A stretch of 64,000 nucleotides of DNA from Okamejei kenojei (Eukaryota). Below are positions 36,800 to 50,673 of the stretch, one piece after another. The stretch covers positions 17,608,001-17,672,000 of the forward strand of contig CM069141.1 in the NCBI GenBank assembly GCA_035221665.1, written 5' to 3'. The translations under genes were made by a program, and so were the position numbers. How positions within the stretch are numbered: the first letter of the stretch is position 1; every line of letters starts with the position of its first letter. The notes under the pieces are model-generated. The model saw only the letters and a program-made list of their open reading frames with translations, did not search any database and was not told where the DNA came from.

Positions 36800-37151
36800 N
36801 NNNNNNNNNNNNNNNNNNNNNNNNNNNNNNNNNNNNNNNNNNNNNNNNNNNNNNNNNNNNNNNNNNNNNNNNNNNNNNNNNNNNNNNNNNNNNNNNNNNN
36901 NNNNNNNNNNNNNNNNNNNNNNNNNNNNNNNNNNNNNNNNNNNNNNNNNNNNNNNNNNNNNNNNNNNNNNNNNNNNNNNNNNNNNNNNNNNNNNNNNNNN
37001 NNNNNNNNNNNNNNNNNNNNNNNNNNNNNNNNNNNNNNNNNNNNNNNNNNNNNNNNNNNNNNNNNNNNNNNNNNNNNNNNNNNNNNNNNNNNNNNNNNNN
37101 NNNNNNNNNNNNNNNNNNNNNNNNNNNNNNNNNNNNNNNNNNNNNNNNNNN
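36800..37151. other. Assembly gap (352 N)
   Basis: Run of n. Confidence 1.
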
Positions 37152-38154
37152 TTCTACTTTAAGAGCAGAAATTATTCAACCACATTTGTTGTAATTAAAA
37201 GTGATATAACAGCTTCTGACTGAAAAGTCAAATTTCCTTCAGCAATCAAATGTTACTGTCAGTTGAGATTTAGCTTGGGTTGTAGTTTGGCAATATTTAC
37301 AGACCTCTCACAGCATAACATGTTCCAATGAATAATCTAATTTCTTTATCACTCCATAACACCAAATATGCCGGAATATTCATGTAGTTTCCACAAAAAT
37401 TCAGCACCATTTAATAATTAAAATTGCCTCACCAAAATTATTTTTTCTTCAGTGTTCGGTTATTTCTGACCGTTTGTATGTGCTAATAATTAAACTAACC
37501 GACAATGCAGCAGCTTCATGATCTATCCCTGAAGGAAGGAATTTTTATACAAATTAATGTTCACGAGATACCAAAATAAATTTAATAAATCAGCTCACAT
37601 CACTTTGCTATAAGTCATTATTCTGATATGAAAGAAGATAGAATTCTGGATTCTTGTGCATTAATTAGCAGTTGCTATTAGCTACTGTGGATGGCCATCA
37701 CGGTTATTGATGGTGACGGGATTTCCCTGAGGTACGATTATTTCACTTCACTTACGTGGTATTAAGATTTTGACACAATAACAGCACGGTGTAAATGTTC
37801 GTGCAATGCCTATTTTATGAATTATTTCAAATATTATACTTCTTAAGCACTCCCAAATTAAACAGATAATCTGTCATAAATTGACATTCTTGAAGACATT
37901 TTTATTTAGCTTTAAGCAGTACAATAAATATTTCTGGTTTGTTGAAAAATGTGTTCATTAGAAAATATGAGAAGCTGCACCATTTTAGACAATCCAGGTT
38001 CATGCTGATATCATTGTCTTCTAGTGTAGTCTTTGTGTCACGGACCACAAAGCACAGAAGTACAAAAGATATGACAATTTTCCCCAATGTAAAGCTTGCT
38101 ACCATTGGACTGTTAAACAGTGGTTATGAGGATTTTCAAAATTAGAACATTCCA

Positions 38155-38650
38155 ACTCCGGGTTCGTAGGTTAATTGGCCTCTGAAAATTGTCCCTAGTG
38201 TGTAGGGAGCAGATGAGAAAGTGGGATAACGATAGAATGAGTGTGAATAGCTGATCGGTGGTTAGTGGGGGCTAAAGGGCTGGTTTCCATGCTCTATGCC
38301 AAAAACTAAATGCTACTGCTCACTTTTTGCAAAATTCTGGGCGGCACGGGGGCACAGTGGTAGGGCTGCTGCCTTACAGTACCAGAGACCTGGGTTCGAT
38401 GCTGGATACGGGTGCTGTCTGCATGGAGTTTGTACGTTCTCAATTGATTCGTGACTCGATTTTCTCCGTGATCTTTGGTTTCTTCCCACACTCCAAAGAC
38501 GTACAGGTTTGTAGGTTAATTGGCGTGGTATAAATGTAAATTGTCCCTACCGTGTGTAGGATAGTGTTAGTGCGTGGGGATCGCTGGTCGGTGCAGCCTC
38601 GGTGGGCCGATGGGCCTGTTGCTACGTTGTATCTCTGAAATAAACTAAAA
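38155..38650 (+). mobile_element. Partial (38155-38310) and full (38339-38650) HE1-like SINEs
   Basis: ggttcgatg B box, V core, aaactaaa tail. Confidence 0.85.
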
Positions 38651-39612
38651 ATGAATGGCCACTTGTTACTACCTTAACCTTAGAATTGCTGCTGTTCTGA
38701 TGTTGAACCTCTTGAATCTACGAATAGGACTCCAGAATATCAGTCTCAATATATTCCAATTGTTTAAGGCACCACCTGCTGACATCCTTTCTCAGTTTGA
38801 GCATCCACTGGTGGTTCACCAATCCTATTGTTTTGATTTCTCATTCACAGCCTACCTACCTGTGCAACAGTATTCCTGTCCAGTATGCACAGGGTAGTCT
38901 TCTGCTAGCACCCTTTTGCTTCTTCTCTTGCCGTCTTTATTCACCTTCAAGTTGTCTTCAAGCTGTACTATTCTGGAATTTTCATCTTAAACTCTTTGCT
39001 TACCATTATGCCTTTTCCAATTCTGTTTTAATAATACCCAATGACAGCCTCCACAACCATCTAGGAGCACTGGTGGAATCTCCAACACTTGAGTCTGAGT
39101 TTTATGAGGACAAGTGACTAGAAGCTTCCAATGCAGTGGGCATCATTCAGTACATGTATCGTTTCAGATGAGCAAGATTGTTTGAATTGTAGAAAGGGAG
39201 GGCACAAACCTTTGTGTGCATGTTTAAACAGGGTGCATCAGACCTAAACAACAGCAGTGCAAGAGAGTCCAAGTGAAGGAAAATAATATCTGCAGAAAAG
39301 CACAGAAAGAAGGTGGGCATAATGTTGAAGTGAACATTTTAAATTCTATGGTATCGAAGAAAACTGATTTCTAAGCTAAAAAATAACAATCTATACCTCA
39401 ATAGGAATACTGAAACAGTCACGGAATTCTGCAAAGTAGGAATGAACATATAACCAATTGTTCAGTAGGATTGGCTAAAAGCACATTAAATCTGACATGA
39501 GTACTTGAGAATGTGAAGAAAAATGGAATGTGTTGCCTTCTATAATGAACATATGGCAAAGCTTTTAAATATAGTTACTGATAATATCCACTGCCAGATT
39601 CCTTCAGGATAA

Positions 39613-39829
39613 TACAAGAAACTGCAAATGCTGGTATCTTGAGCAAAGAAGCAAAAGGCTGGAGGAACTCAATGGATCAGGCAGCATATGTAAAGGGAAT
39701 GGACAAACAATGTTTTGAGTTGTGCTCACAACTGTCAGAATAACTGGCAACCCCAAACATTGTCTGTCCATCCCCTCCACTGATGCTGCCTTATCCATAG
39801 AGTTCTTCCATCCTTTTTGTCATTTTTGC
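39613..39829. mobile_element. Old inverted Penelope-derived element
   Basis: Flanks tccttcaggataa (39600-39612) and tcctttaggataa (39830-39842). Confidence 0.7.
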
Positions 39830-40405
39830 TCCTTTAGGATAACTCTAGTTGAAAGAGCCTAAAATTGAAGGGGAATATATATTCAGTGTGAATACTTTAT
39901 AACTATGTTTAATCAAGACTTTAGATCAACATTAAATATTTATAAATGGAGAGGAAGGAGTACAGCCAGCGATTATGTAGGTTTAAAAGCAAATGCCAAG
40001 CTAATCTGCTTTTAATCCAGATATGTACCGGGTATGCTGAATACTCAAGAGAAAATGACAATTATGGCATAACACCCGTAGTTTTGAAATCTAAAACCGA
40101 TAAGTCTGTTTGGTTCTGTAGGGATTATAAGGTGACTTTTAACAAAGTTGATGAATCATACCCTCTGACTAATCTCAAGATTTATTCATCAAAATGGCAT
40201 AAGCAAGGTCTTCACTAAACTACATCTGTCCAGGCTTATGTCCAATTTAACGGTGTTAAAGGAAACCAATTTTTCACAATTAGCATCCGCAAGAAATTGT
40301 ATGAGCTGCTTTATGGGATGAACAAGTCTTCTGATAAATCCCAAAACTGGCGATTGTGAAAAAGGAATGGACACTTCTTAGTATGAATGACAATAATTCC
40401 AAATA

Positions 40406-40605
40406 CAGATGCTCCCCGATTTACGATGCTTCGACTTGCAATATTTCGACTTTACGATGGTGCAAATGCTCGGCAACGGCAGCAAGCCTCATGTCACTTC
40501 CGGTCATGTGATCGCATTGTGTTAAATGCGTTTTCAACTTGAGATATTTTCGATTTACGAGAGGTTTATCGGAAAGTAACCCCATCATAGGTCGAGGAGC
40601 AGCTG
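40406..40605. mobile_element. Tigger/pogo-type MITE
   Basis: TA-cagatgctccccgatttacga ... tcataggtcgaggagcagctg. Confidence 0.8.
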
Positions 40606-41619
40606 TGGTGGAAATAATCTACGTGGAATCGTGCTACCACAGTCTATATCAAAGAGGAATTAAGATCTAACGTTGCCTCAGGTGGATTTCCTGAAAAGTC
40701 ACCAGAAAATGGTCTAGAGTTTCAATAGTTTCAGTTGGAGGATTTATGAAGGGCAATGGAATAACACACCATTTCACTCTTATTTACCAACCAGCTTCAA
40801 ATTGCGGAAGCAAAATGTCAGTTTGCTTGGTGGCAGAGGTATTGAGGAAGCTAGTTGTGGAAGGTGGGTGCACTCACTGTGCAACATCTAATTGCAGCAT
40901 TTACCCAATGCTCTGGGATGAAGACGTGCTTCACAACAGGACCCTCTGCTAAATTCAGAAGCACAAATGCTGCAAATGGCCAGCCGGTCAGGCCATATCA
41001 TTGGGAATGATTATTGCTTTACTGCTAATGAACAGAAGATCCAGAATCTGACTGAGTCCTGTTCAAATTGGGAGGGAACTGTGGGAAACAACTAGTTTAG
41101 CTTAGTTTAGTTCAGTTTAGTTTATTGTCACATGTACCGAGGTATTGTGGAAAGCTTTTGTTGTGTGCCAACAGTCAGCGGTCTAAACTAAAACTTTCAG
41201 TCAACTAAAATAGTCAGTCAACTAAAAAGGGAATGTGCCACAAAACAGGCCACAAGGAGAAGAAGTTCTACCTCAGGACAGAGTTTGCGACCAACACCTT
41301 CATGCAGAACAAAAAAAGAGGAAATGGGCATTGAGGAAATAGGTCTAGAACCTACCTTGTGAAAATTGGAGAGAAATTATGCAAACCACACATTGACCAC
41401 TTTAGACCACTAGCAAATAATATCTTGAAGAATACCACGAAAATCTGTGAGATGGAAGGTGCTTCTGCAGTTAATCAAACTATTATTCAGGAGTAGTCAA
41501 CATCTGATGTTTCTAATGAGAGCCAAGTGAGTCACGTCTTTAATTGCCAAGATCAGTAATAATCACTATCAACATAAGTAACGCCAACACTGATGAAAAT
41601 AACTATGTGCCTTGAGTAA

Positions 41620-42357
41620 ATTAATCACAATCATATTTTTTAGCCAAGTATGTTTTGCAACATACAAGGAATTCCATTTGCCATACAGTCATACAAATAA
41701 AAAGCACCAGAACACACAAAATCCATTTAATCATAAACATCCACCACTGTGACTCCCCCACATTCCTCACTGTGATGGGAGGCGAAAAAAAGTACAATCT
41801 CTTGCCTTCTTTGTTCTCCCGCGGTCGAGGGCTTCGAGCCTTCTGTTGATGGGGCGATCTTGACTCCCGTAGCTGGTGGCGGGCCCTCCATGTCGGGGGG
41901 GGGGGAGTTTCAGCTCCCACGCGCTGGGCGATCTACCCCGGGTTGGGGCTTGTCTAAACCTTCTGCGACTGGAGCATCCCGACATCGGTCTTTACCTGAG
42001 ACTGCAAACTCCTCGATTTTGGAATCCGCAGTTCGTAGTTGGAGTGCGATCCCAGGCAAAGGATCGCAGGCTCCGATGGTAAGTCCACGTCCCCGGGGTG
42101 GGGCTCAAAGTCAGTCCCGTGCAAGGTCTCCAGCTCCATGATGTTAAGTCGCAGAGCGACCGGAGTTACGATCTGGAAAATAATTGCATCTCCGGCAAGG
42201 TAAGAGATTGAAATAAATGTTTCCCCTGACCCCTCCCCCACCCTTCACATAAAACAAACCAGAGAACTAACACAAACTTTTTAAACACACTACAAATAAC
42301 AAAAAAAAAGACGAGAAGACAAACAGACAGGCGAGGCTGCCATCGTGCGGCGCCCCA
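41620..42357 (-). mobile_element. GC-rich non-autonomous retroposon
   Basis: Minus strand starts ggggcgccgcacgatggcagcc; LINE-like stem and tgattg tail. Confidence 0.65.
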
Positions 42358-43100
42358 AATTGACTCCTAATTTGCCATCTTAATCCCATTGTATCTACAT
42401 GTCGGTCTTCATGCCTTGTGTACAAGAACACCTAGACCCTTTTGAACATCACACTATGCAACCGTTTACAAAGTGTATATTCTGAAATGTTTTCACATTA
42501 TATTCCACCTGCCATATCGTGCCCACTCACTCAATTTGTCTATATCCCCTGAAACATATTTACAGCCGCTTTCAGACCAGCAATCCCACCTAGTTTAATA
42601 TTAGAGTGTTTCATAGAAAGATTCAAAGTCTGTAAAGAACAAACTTCATATAATCTCTTGTATCGAGTATGTGCTGCTCACTCGATAATGCTTTGCTACA
42701 ATGAAGTAGCCACTGAGCAGAATTACTTCATAATTTCCACTTGTTCTTTCCTTCTCGAGTAAGTAGTACAGTTTTGCAACCTTTTCTACCTTGAAGTTAA
42801 GTGCAGTTTAATCTTATTTGGAATTCCTATGGAAAAGTATGCATTTAAGGGGCTTTTAGATAGGCATGTGGATTTGCAGGAAATGGAGGGTTTTGCATCG
42901 TATGCAGGCAGAGGAGATTTGTTTATCTTGGCATCATGTTTCACACGGACACTGTGGGCTGAAGGACCTGTTCCTGTGCTGCACTGTTCTATGTTCTATG
43001 AACATTTATTTTAGACAATGGTTGGTAAAACTTCATTAGGTTGTCAAGATAATATCAGATGTTCTTAACATAATCAAAACACACCACCGTGACAATAGCT

Positions 43101-44143
43101 AGCGATGTTACAACATTTTGATATTTTAAAAATCAAGTCTGCAATTTATCCCATCAGATAAAGCATAAAAATAAGTTTAATTTGACACCTAATTCACTTT
43201 CATAACTTCAGTATTAAAAATGTTATGGCCATTTTCATACTCGGAAATTAGCATCTTGTTCCCCATTGCCTTTCCATTGACTTAAGTCAAAAGCTGTGAT
43301 CTAGGACAGTCAAAAGCCCATAACTTTCTTAAAAATGAAGAGAACTCAATGACATTTTCAGTTATTATAGATTGAAGCATTCTGAAAACACAATATGAAA
43401 CAATCTTACTTGGATGACCTGAAATTAAAGCATATAATTAGTTAGTTACCTAATTGTAGCTAATTACAAAATTCAATTCCTAGATCTAATCCATTTCTTA
43501 AGAAAAGATAAACATTTTTAAATTGCCTAAGTGTCCAAATAACATTCACAAAAATAATTCACAAATATAACATGATTTTTAAATCTCATTTTCATGAATT
43601 TATAGGCCAAATGGAAGGAATTTAGTGTTTAATTCCCGTAAATTAATGGCCATTTAAATCAACTTGCGAGTGGGTTTTAGTGGAACGCGGTGGATTGGAA
43701 CGTTGCGGTTTGCGGTGAATTTAACCCATAGTCGGCAGAAAAAACACTGCCGGTTCGTTTCTTTTATTTTTTTTGTCACCTTTTCGCGACATGAAAATGT
43801 GATTAAAGGCTTCCTAAGAAGCACGTTTTTATGTAAAAATAAACTGTGTACCTTCTTTTGTCCCCTATGTAAAATCCTTCCCGTTGTCAGCGCTCACAGC
43901 TTTAGAAGATGATTTTTAAATTACTCTAGCTAATAAATGATCTTGCGTAATTTAAAAATACCTTCATAAAACAAGTGTCGGAGCGATTTCTCTTTAGCAA
44001 CGAAATCCCCTGAGATGGATCGATTTCCCTGTCTGTAGAAAAACGGCATTTTAAACCCGCCCCCCTCTGAAAGGCGCCAAAGTCGCGCACACAGGGAGTG
44101 GCAGAACTGCAGCGCCGCTCAAGGTAAGTTTTGTAACATACCT
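43101..44143. mobile_element. Unclassified non-autonomous DNA transposon, copy 1
   Basis: Termini agcgatgttacaa and ttgtaacatacct; collinear with 50674-53294. Confidence 0.85.
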
Positions 44144-44317
44144 ACAATATCTACTCACAAATTTGATTTTTACTCACTTTGGATAACATTGTTATATATG
44201 AGGGAAAAGGTATGATTGAAAAGATTGATCTTTTTTAAAAACAAAGGCAAAGTTGGTGTAAAACACACAAATGTGAGGGACGATAGAGAAGGATAATACA
44301 TTGCGAGAATGAACACT

Positions 44318-46349
44318 CAAGGCGAGTAGGAGGCAACTGTGGCTGACAAGGAAGTTAGGGATGGAATAAAACTAAAAGAGGTGTTAAACATAGCAAAGAG
44401 TAGCGGGAAGCCAGAGGATTTGGAAACTTTCAAAGGACAACAGACAGTAACAAAAAGGGCTATACGAGGTGTAAAGATGAAGTACGAGGGTAAGCTGGCC
44501 AAGAATATAAAGAAGGATAGTAAAAGCTTCTTTAGGTATGTTAAGGGAAAAAGATTAGTAAAGACAAATGTGGGTCCCTTGAAGGCAGAAACAGGTGAAA
44601 TTATTATGGGGAACAAGGAAATGGCAGAAGAGTTGAACAGGTACTTTGGATCTGTCTTCACTATGGAAGACACAAACAATCTCCCAGATGTACTAGAGGA
44701 CAGAGGATCTAGGGAGACAGAGGAACTGAAAGAAATTTGCATTAGGCAAGAAATAGTATTGGGTAGACTGATGGGACCAAAGGCTGATAAATCCCCAGAG
44801 CCTGATGGTCTGCATCCCAGGGTACTCAAGGAGATGGTTCTAGAAATCGTAGACGCTTTGGTGATCATTTTCCAATGTTCAATAGATCCAGGATCGGTTC
44901 CTGTGGATTGTACGGTAAATAATGTTGTCCCACTTTTAAAGAAATGAGCAAGAGATAAAAGGGGGAATTATAGACCAGTTAGCCTGACATCGGTGGTGGG
45001 GAAGATGCTGGAGTCAATTATTAAAGAAGTAATAACGGCAAATTTGGATAGCAGTAAAAGGATTGGTCCAAGTCAGCATGGATTTATGATTTATCCTACT
45101 AATCGTCTGGAATTTTTTGAGAATGTGACAAGTAAAATGGATGAAAGAGAGCCAGTGGATGTAGTGTATCTGGACTTTCAGAAAGTCTTTGATAAGGTCG
45201 CCCACAGGAGATTAGTGGGCAAAATTAGAGCACATGGTATTGGGGGGTAGGGTAGTGACATGGATAGAGAATTGGTTGCCAGACAGGAAACAAAGAGTAG
45301 GATAAACGGGTCCCTGTCAGAATGGCAAGCAGTGGTGAGTGGAGTTCCGTAAGGCTCGGTGCTGGGGCCGCAACTATTTACAATATATATTAATGATTTA
45401 GATGATCAAATTAAAAGTAACACTAGCAGATTTGCAGATGACACAAAGCTGGGTGGCAGTGTGAACTGCAAGAGGATGCTAGGAGATTGCAGGGTGACTT
45501 GGACAGGTTGAGTGAGTGGGCAGATGCGTGGCAGATGCAGTATAATGTAGATAAATATGAGGTTATCCACTTTGGCTGCAAGAATAAGGAGGCAGATTAT
45601 TATCTCAATGGTGTCAGATTAGGAAAAAGGGGAGTGTAACGAGACCTGGGTGTCCTTGTACACCAGTCACTGAAAGTAAACATGCAGGTGAAGCAGGCAG
45701 TGAAAAAAGCTAATGGTATGTTGGCCTTCATAACGAGAGGATTTGGATATAGGAGTAAAGAGGTTCTTCTGCAGTTGTCCAAGGCCCTGGTGATACCACA
45801 TCTGGAGTATTGTGTGCAGTTTTGGTCTCCTAATTTGAGGAAGGACATCCTTGCAGTGCAGCGTAGGTTCACGAGGTTAATCCCCGGGATGGCAGGACTG
45901 TCATATGAGGAAAGATTGGAAAGACTCAGCCTGTATTCACTGGAATTTAGAAGGGTTAGAGGGGATCGTCCAGAAATATACAAAATTATAAAAGGACTGG
46001 ACACGCTAGATGCAGGAAAAATGTTCCCAATGTTGCGTGAGTCCAGAACCAGGGGCCACACTCTAAGAATAAAGGGGAGGCCATTTAAAACTGAGATGAG
46101 AAAAAACCTTTTCGCCAAGAGTTGTGAATTTGTGGAATTCTCTGCCACAGAATGCAGTAGAGGCCAATTCACTGGATGAATTTAAATGAGAGTTAGATAG
46201 AGCTCTCGGGGCTAGCGGAATCGAGGGATACGGAGAGATGGCAGGTATGGGATACTGACTGTGGATGATCAGATATGACCACAATGAATGGCGGTGCTGC
46301 TTCAAAGGGCCAAATGGCCTCCTTCTGCATGTATTTTCTATGTTTCTAT
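44318..46349 (+). mobile_element. 5'-truncated CR1 LINE with broken RT
   Basis: KSPEPDGLHPRVLKE, YRPVSLTS, YLDFQKVFDKV, FADD, PHLEYCVQFWSP; tail tttctatgtttctat. Confidence 0.93.
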
Positions 46350-46469
46350 AAAATAAAAATTTTTAAATTTAGGTCAGCTAATTGTGCATATTAAATAATA
46401 AATTGCATTTAAAAATAAATCTGAATTTTAACGCACATTATCTTGTTTGGAAGAGATGAGGGAAGGTTT

Positions 46470-46820
46470 GGATTGACGACCATCACCGAGAATGGTGAGG
46501 GACTTGGTGGGGGCCGTCGAGAACAACGGGGGACCCGATGAGAGGCCATTGAGAATGATGGGGGGGGGGGACCCGATGGGAGGCCATCGAGAACAAAGGG
46601 GAGCCCAGGTGGGGGACCATCGAGAACAGTGGGGGGACATGTGGCGGCAAGCAGAAGATCGGACAGTTTGGTGAACCTTTGCAACTTTGTCAGAAACATG
46701 GCGACTCTTGTGTACTGCCTAAGTGAGGTCTACTGTGTGATTTTTACCAGGTTGACTGCAAAACAACGCCTTTCACTGTACCTAGGTACATGTGACAACA
46801 AAGTATACTTGAATCATTGA
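46470..46820 (+). mobile_element. Retroposon 3' fragment with L2/Rex-type tail
   Basis: tttcactgtacctaggtacatgtgacaacaaa; short internal repeats (ccatcgagaac). Confidence 0.55.
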
Positions 46821-46826
46821 AATATA

Positions 46827-47658
46827 GGGGGCGCCGTCCAGTTGGGTATGGCTGCCCAGCCTGCAGCTGTCTGTCGTTTAACTTCTTTCTTTTATTTTTA
46901 GTGTGTAAAAAGTGTTTTGTTTGGAATCTATTCTTTGTTTATGTGAGGGGTGGGGGGGGGGGGGAGGGGGAAACTGCTTTTCCTGGTCCCTACCTGGTCA
47001 GAGAGGCAGCTTTTCTCCGGGCTGCATCTTCGACCCGTCCTCGCAGCCTACCAGCGGGTCTGGAGCGGCGTTTCCTGATGGGACCGACCGGAACCTCGAC
47101 TTTGGCGGCAGCGCAGTGCTGGAGCGCTATCGCGGAGCGGAGCTGGCGATGCCTTGCCTGGGTTGCCGCGCTGGAACTCCGGTGAGCTGAAGACCGCCGA
47201 CAAAAAACATCGCGGAGCCGAGGGTCTGTGGAGCGGCCAGCTGCGGGCGGCGGCGCTGAACTTTACATCGGGAGCCTCCATCCCAGCGGTGGAGCTCCAT
47301 CCAGCGTGGTCTGTCGGCTTCTGAAGCCACGGACTCCATTAAGGAAGCGGCCGTTCCAGGTGTCCCAAGCCGCTTAGAGGGTTCTTCCGACACCGGAGTA
47401 CCATCACCTGGCGAGAACGGCCTGGAACATCGGGCCCCGTAGCAGCGACTGCGGAGGCCTCAATAGGCCCGACAATGGGTGGACAAGGGGATGGGGACTG
47501 GACTTTGTGCCTTCCCTCACAGTGGGAACCATTATGGGGGGATGTTTTTATGTTTATTGTTAAATTATTTAATGTTGTGTCTTATCTTTATCTGTGTGCT
47601 GCATGGCAAGTCAGATTTCACTACACCAATTGGTGTATGTGATAATAAATGTCCTTTG
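46827..47658 (+). mobile_element. GC-rich non-autonomous retroposon
   Basis: Starts gggggcgccg..atggctgcc; ends tttcactacaccaattggtgtatgtgataataaa. Confidence 0.65.
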
Positions 47659-48681
47659 TATAGCTGGGGACATTTTTCATTTGTGAATGCTACACTGCAT
47701 GCCTTCCATATGTAAATGTCACTGGGCTGCAGGGACCCAATAGACTCAGAGCCTCAAGCTAGCTCAAGCCCATCAGATGTTGGATTAAAAAAAATAGTTG
47801 GTTGGAATGTTGGCCAGGGATGTATAATCTGGAAATGGAGATTTCTTGTGGGAACAGTTCCACTTCTGGCTCACATTCAGGTGAGTAATTATTTTTGAAC
47901 TCAGGTTTTTGATGGTGACTTGGTTACTTTGCATGTGTAGACTGGATAATCCCGGGGGGCACTAAACTGGATGACTGCTTTGTTTAGTTCAAATTAATTT
48001 CAAGTTTTTGTTCAAAATAGGTATCAGGTTCTTCATTGGCATATTGAAGGGAACTTTTTGTCTGTTTTAATGGTTCTAGGAAAATTACTTTTTCCCAAAT
48101 AGCTAAGCACATTTTAAGATTAAACTTGACCCGCAGGAAAATTAACAGGGGCCTCAAGCGATGCTGGGGAAACACAGGGACTGGTTCAAAATCAGCCCTA
48201 ACTCATCGCATAGACCATTAAAAAATCAGACTGAATATGACATAGTTTAATGTTATTCATACCATGGTAATTATTCACTGTTTTATCTACAAATTCTGTT
48301 AACTTATTTAATTTACCATTAAAATTTATTCTTCAAACCCACAGAACCATTCTGCAGGCCGCAATAAGTCAGGTAACTGGTGACTTGCTGTCAGCCCTGT
48401 GCTTTATTGAAAGCCTATCCAACCATGAGGTCACCCTGAATAAGGCTGAACCACTTTTCTGATAATGTGCAGGTCAATAAAAGCCATAAGTAATTTCAGC
48501 CCAGATTGATTTGCCCTTTCATTACCCCCACGCTGAATCCAGTTACAGAATCCCACCTCCCGCCCAACAAGCAATCAGCCCACATGACAGATCACCCATA
48601 TTCAGTGCTTGTTTGCCTGCTGAGCTCTTGCTGAAGCTGTCCTCTCTGTTTTGTTTGCCACATTGTTTGGGCTTCAGCAAG

Positions 48682-48862
48682 ACAGTGCGGAAAACAGGCC
48701 CTTCGGCCCACTGAGACTGTTCTGACCAACGATCACCTCATACACTAGCACTATGCTACACACAAGGGACAATTTACAATCTTTACCGAAGCTATAAACC
48801 TACAAACCTGTACGTCCTTGGAGTGTGCAAAGAAACCGGAGCACCCGGAGAAAACCCACACA
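48682..48862 (-). mobile_element. HE1-like SINE, 3' half
   Basis: aacaggcccttcggccca...aaaccggagcacccggagaaaaccc. Confidence 0.8.
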
Positions 48863-49551
48863 TATTGTTGGAGTTGTATCCATTTCTTAGGTTAAGGTTC
48901 ACTAGATTCGATTCAGTCTCTCCATGTGCTGTTTTTCTACAGTAATGATTCCATATCCCTGAATGTGTGCGCGCATGTGTTCATGGCTAACTCTGCTTCC
49001 TACCATGCAGTCTGATGCTTTATACAACTTTGTTCTAGAAGGTGCCCAAATTGAAATGAATGAAACCGAGGACCATGATCTGAATCTATTGCGTCTGGCA
49101 AACCAAGATCTGAGACCGAGTTGTAGAGTGCCAGTATAACCTCGCCATCTAGTACAGTACAAACTATCACATTCCAACAATGGTCATGGAAAGCAAACAG
49201 TCAGGCAAATATCAGGGCCAAGATCGGGCATCTCCAAGGTTACCAGCCAGAAGCCATTTTGCCTTCATCTCTTTTTGGTGCTATTCCGATCAAACTGATT
49301 GTATTAAACCAGAAAGACAATGTTCCCTGCTATTTCAGTGCTCATAGCTATAACGTCTGTTCCTGCTGACTTATTAAATTAATTTCTCAACTCAATGCAC
49401 ACACACAACTGAAGTCATTCAGGCGGTCTGGTATCTGTATGGACTCACATTTCCCTGCAAAAATTATACTGCTCCTCAAGATTGCTTCTCCTCCTCCAAG
49501 AACCTCACAATGATTGTCTGAAATTTATCTTGTAGGTTTAGACGGAAGTAA

Positions 49552-49867
49552 AGAGCCTGTCCCACTTAGGCAATTTTTTCGGCGACAGCCGGAAAATAGG
49601 CTGTCGCCACATGGTCCCGGGGTGATGCCTGTATTGTCCTGAGCTGTCTCCTCAAGTGTCGTAACTTTTTTCTTGTCACCGCTGGATTTTGAAATGTTTA
49701 AAACCTTTAGGCGACAGTGAGCTTGACGTTGCCTGTCTTCTCCTGTCGTAGGTTGACACCAGGATGACGTCGGGTGACGTTGGTCATTGTCGTAGGATGG
49801 GTCCATTTCGGTGTCCCGCTACGACTGTGACTGTCGCCTAAAAAAACAACTAAGTGGGACATGCCTT
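49552..49867. mobile_element. PIF/Harbinger-like MITE, same TIR family as 19691-20455
   Basis: gagcctgtcccacttagg ... ctaagtgggacatgcc. Confidence 0.75.
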
Positions 49868-50189
49868 TTTGTTGGCAATTTTGTACATTTCAATGCAATT
49901 TACATGAATATTCATTTTTCTTGAGGAAACTACACAAATGCTTTAAAAAATGAAATACTACAGAAGTGACGTATTTGAAATGCAGACATTCCAAAGGCAT
50001 TCCAACTAATTGGACATGTTGGTTACAGACCATTCGATAATTGGATGAGTACGAGTGTAGTAAAAGCACCAAAACAGTTCAGTCAGTTCAGTTCATTTTC
50101 ACGTGTACCGAGGTACAGTAAAAAGCTTTTGTTGCTTTTGTAATCAGTCAGCGGAAAGACAACACTTGATTAGAATTGAGCCATTGCGA

Positions 50190-50673
50190 TACACAGAAAT
50201 ATGAACAGGAGTAAGCAATCATACCCTTCAAGCCTGCCATGCTATTTGATATGGGCATGGCTGGTATGTGCTGGCCTCAACACCTCTTCTGTGCCATTTT
50301 CCCCAACACTACTCTATTCCTCAATCTATAAAATATTTATCAACCTCCACTTTAAATACTTTTAATGATCCATCTTCCACCACCCAATGGTGCAAAGAAT
50401 TCCTGAGATTTGCCACCCTTCAAGAACTAAATTTCTATGTACCTCAGTTTCATTATCGTGTAATTATGTCTGCTTGTTTGAAAATCTCCCACCAGTGAAA
50501 ACATCCCAAATATAGGATTTTATAATTTGAATCAGGTTACCCGTTGTTCCTTAGCTCCAAGTAATAGTCCCAAACTATGTAGCGTCTCTTGATGGGGTAA
50601 CCCTCTCATGCCAGTGATTAACCTGATGGATCTCCTTTGCACAGCCTCCAATGTTACTTTATGTTATGTTGGT
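50190..50673 (-). mobile_element. Degenerate CR1 3' part (continues at 53295-53440)
   Basis: gattaacctgatggatctcctttgcac ... ggtaaggcagccaaaacaatgcacaatattccag. Confidence 0.65.

Larger units (their letters stand above)
39040..41420 (+). mobile_element. Highly decayed Gypsy/Ty3 internal region with younger inserts
   Basis: TPVV.K...SVWFCRDYKVTFN....YPL (RT); GFPE...NG..F......FMKGNGITH......QPASN (integrase); CLNCRKGGH knuckle-like; RTYLVKIG...HIDH. Confidence 0.65.

Noticed and set aside
36776-37162. 128-aa ORF
   Set aside because: Artefact of the N gap
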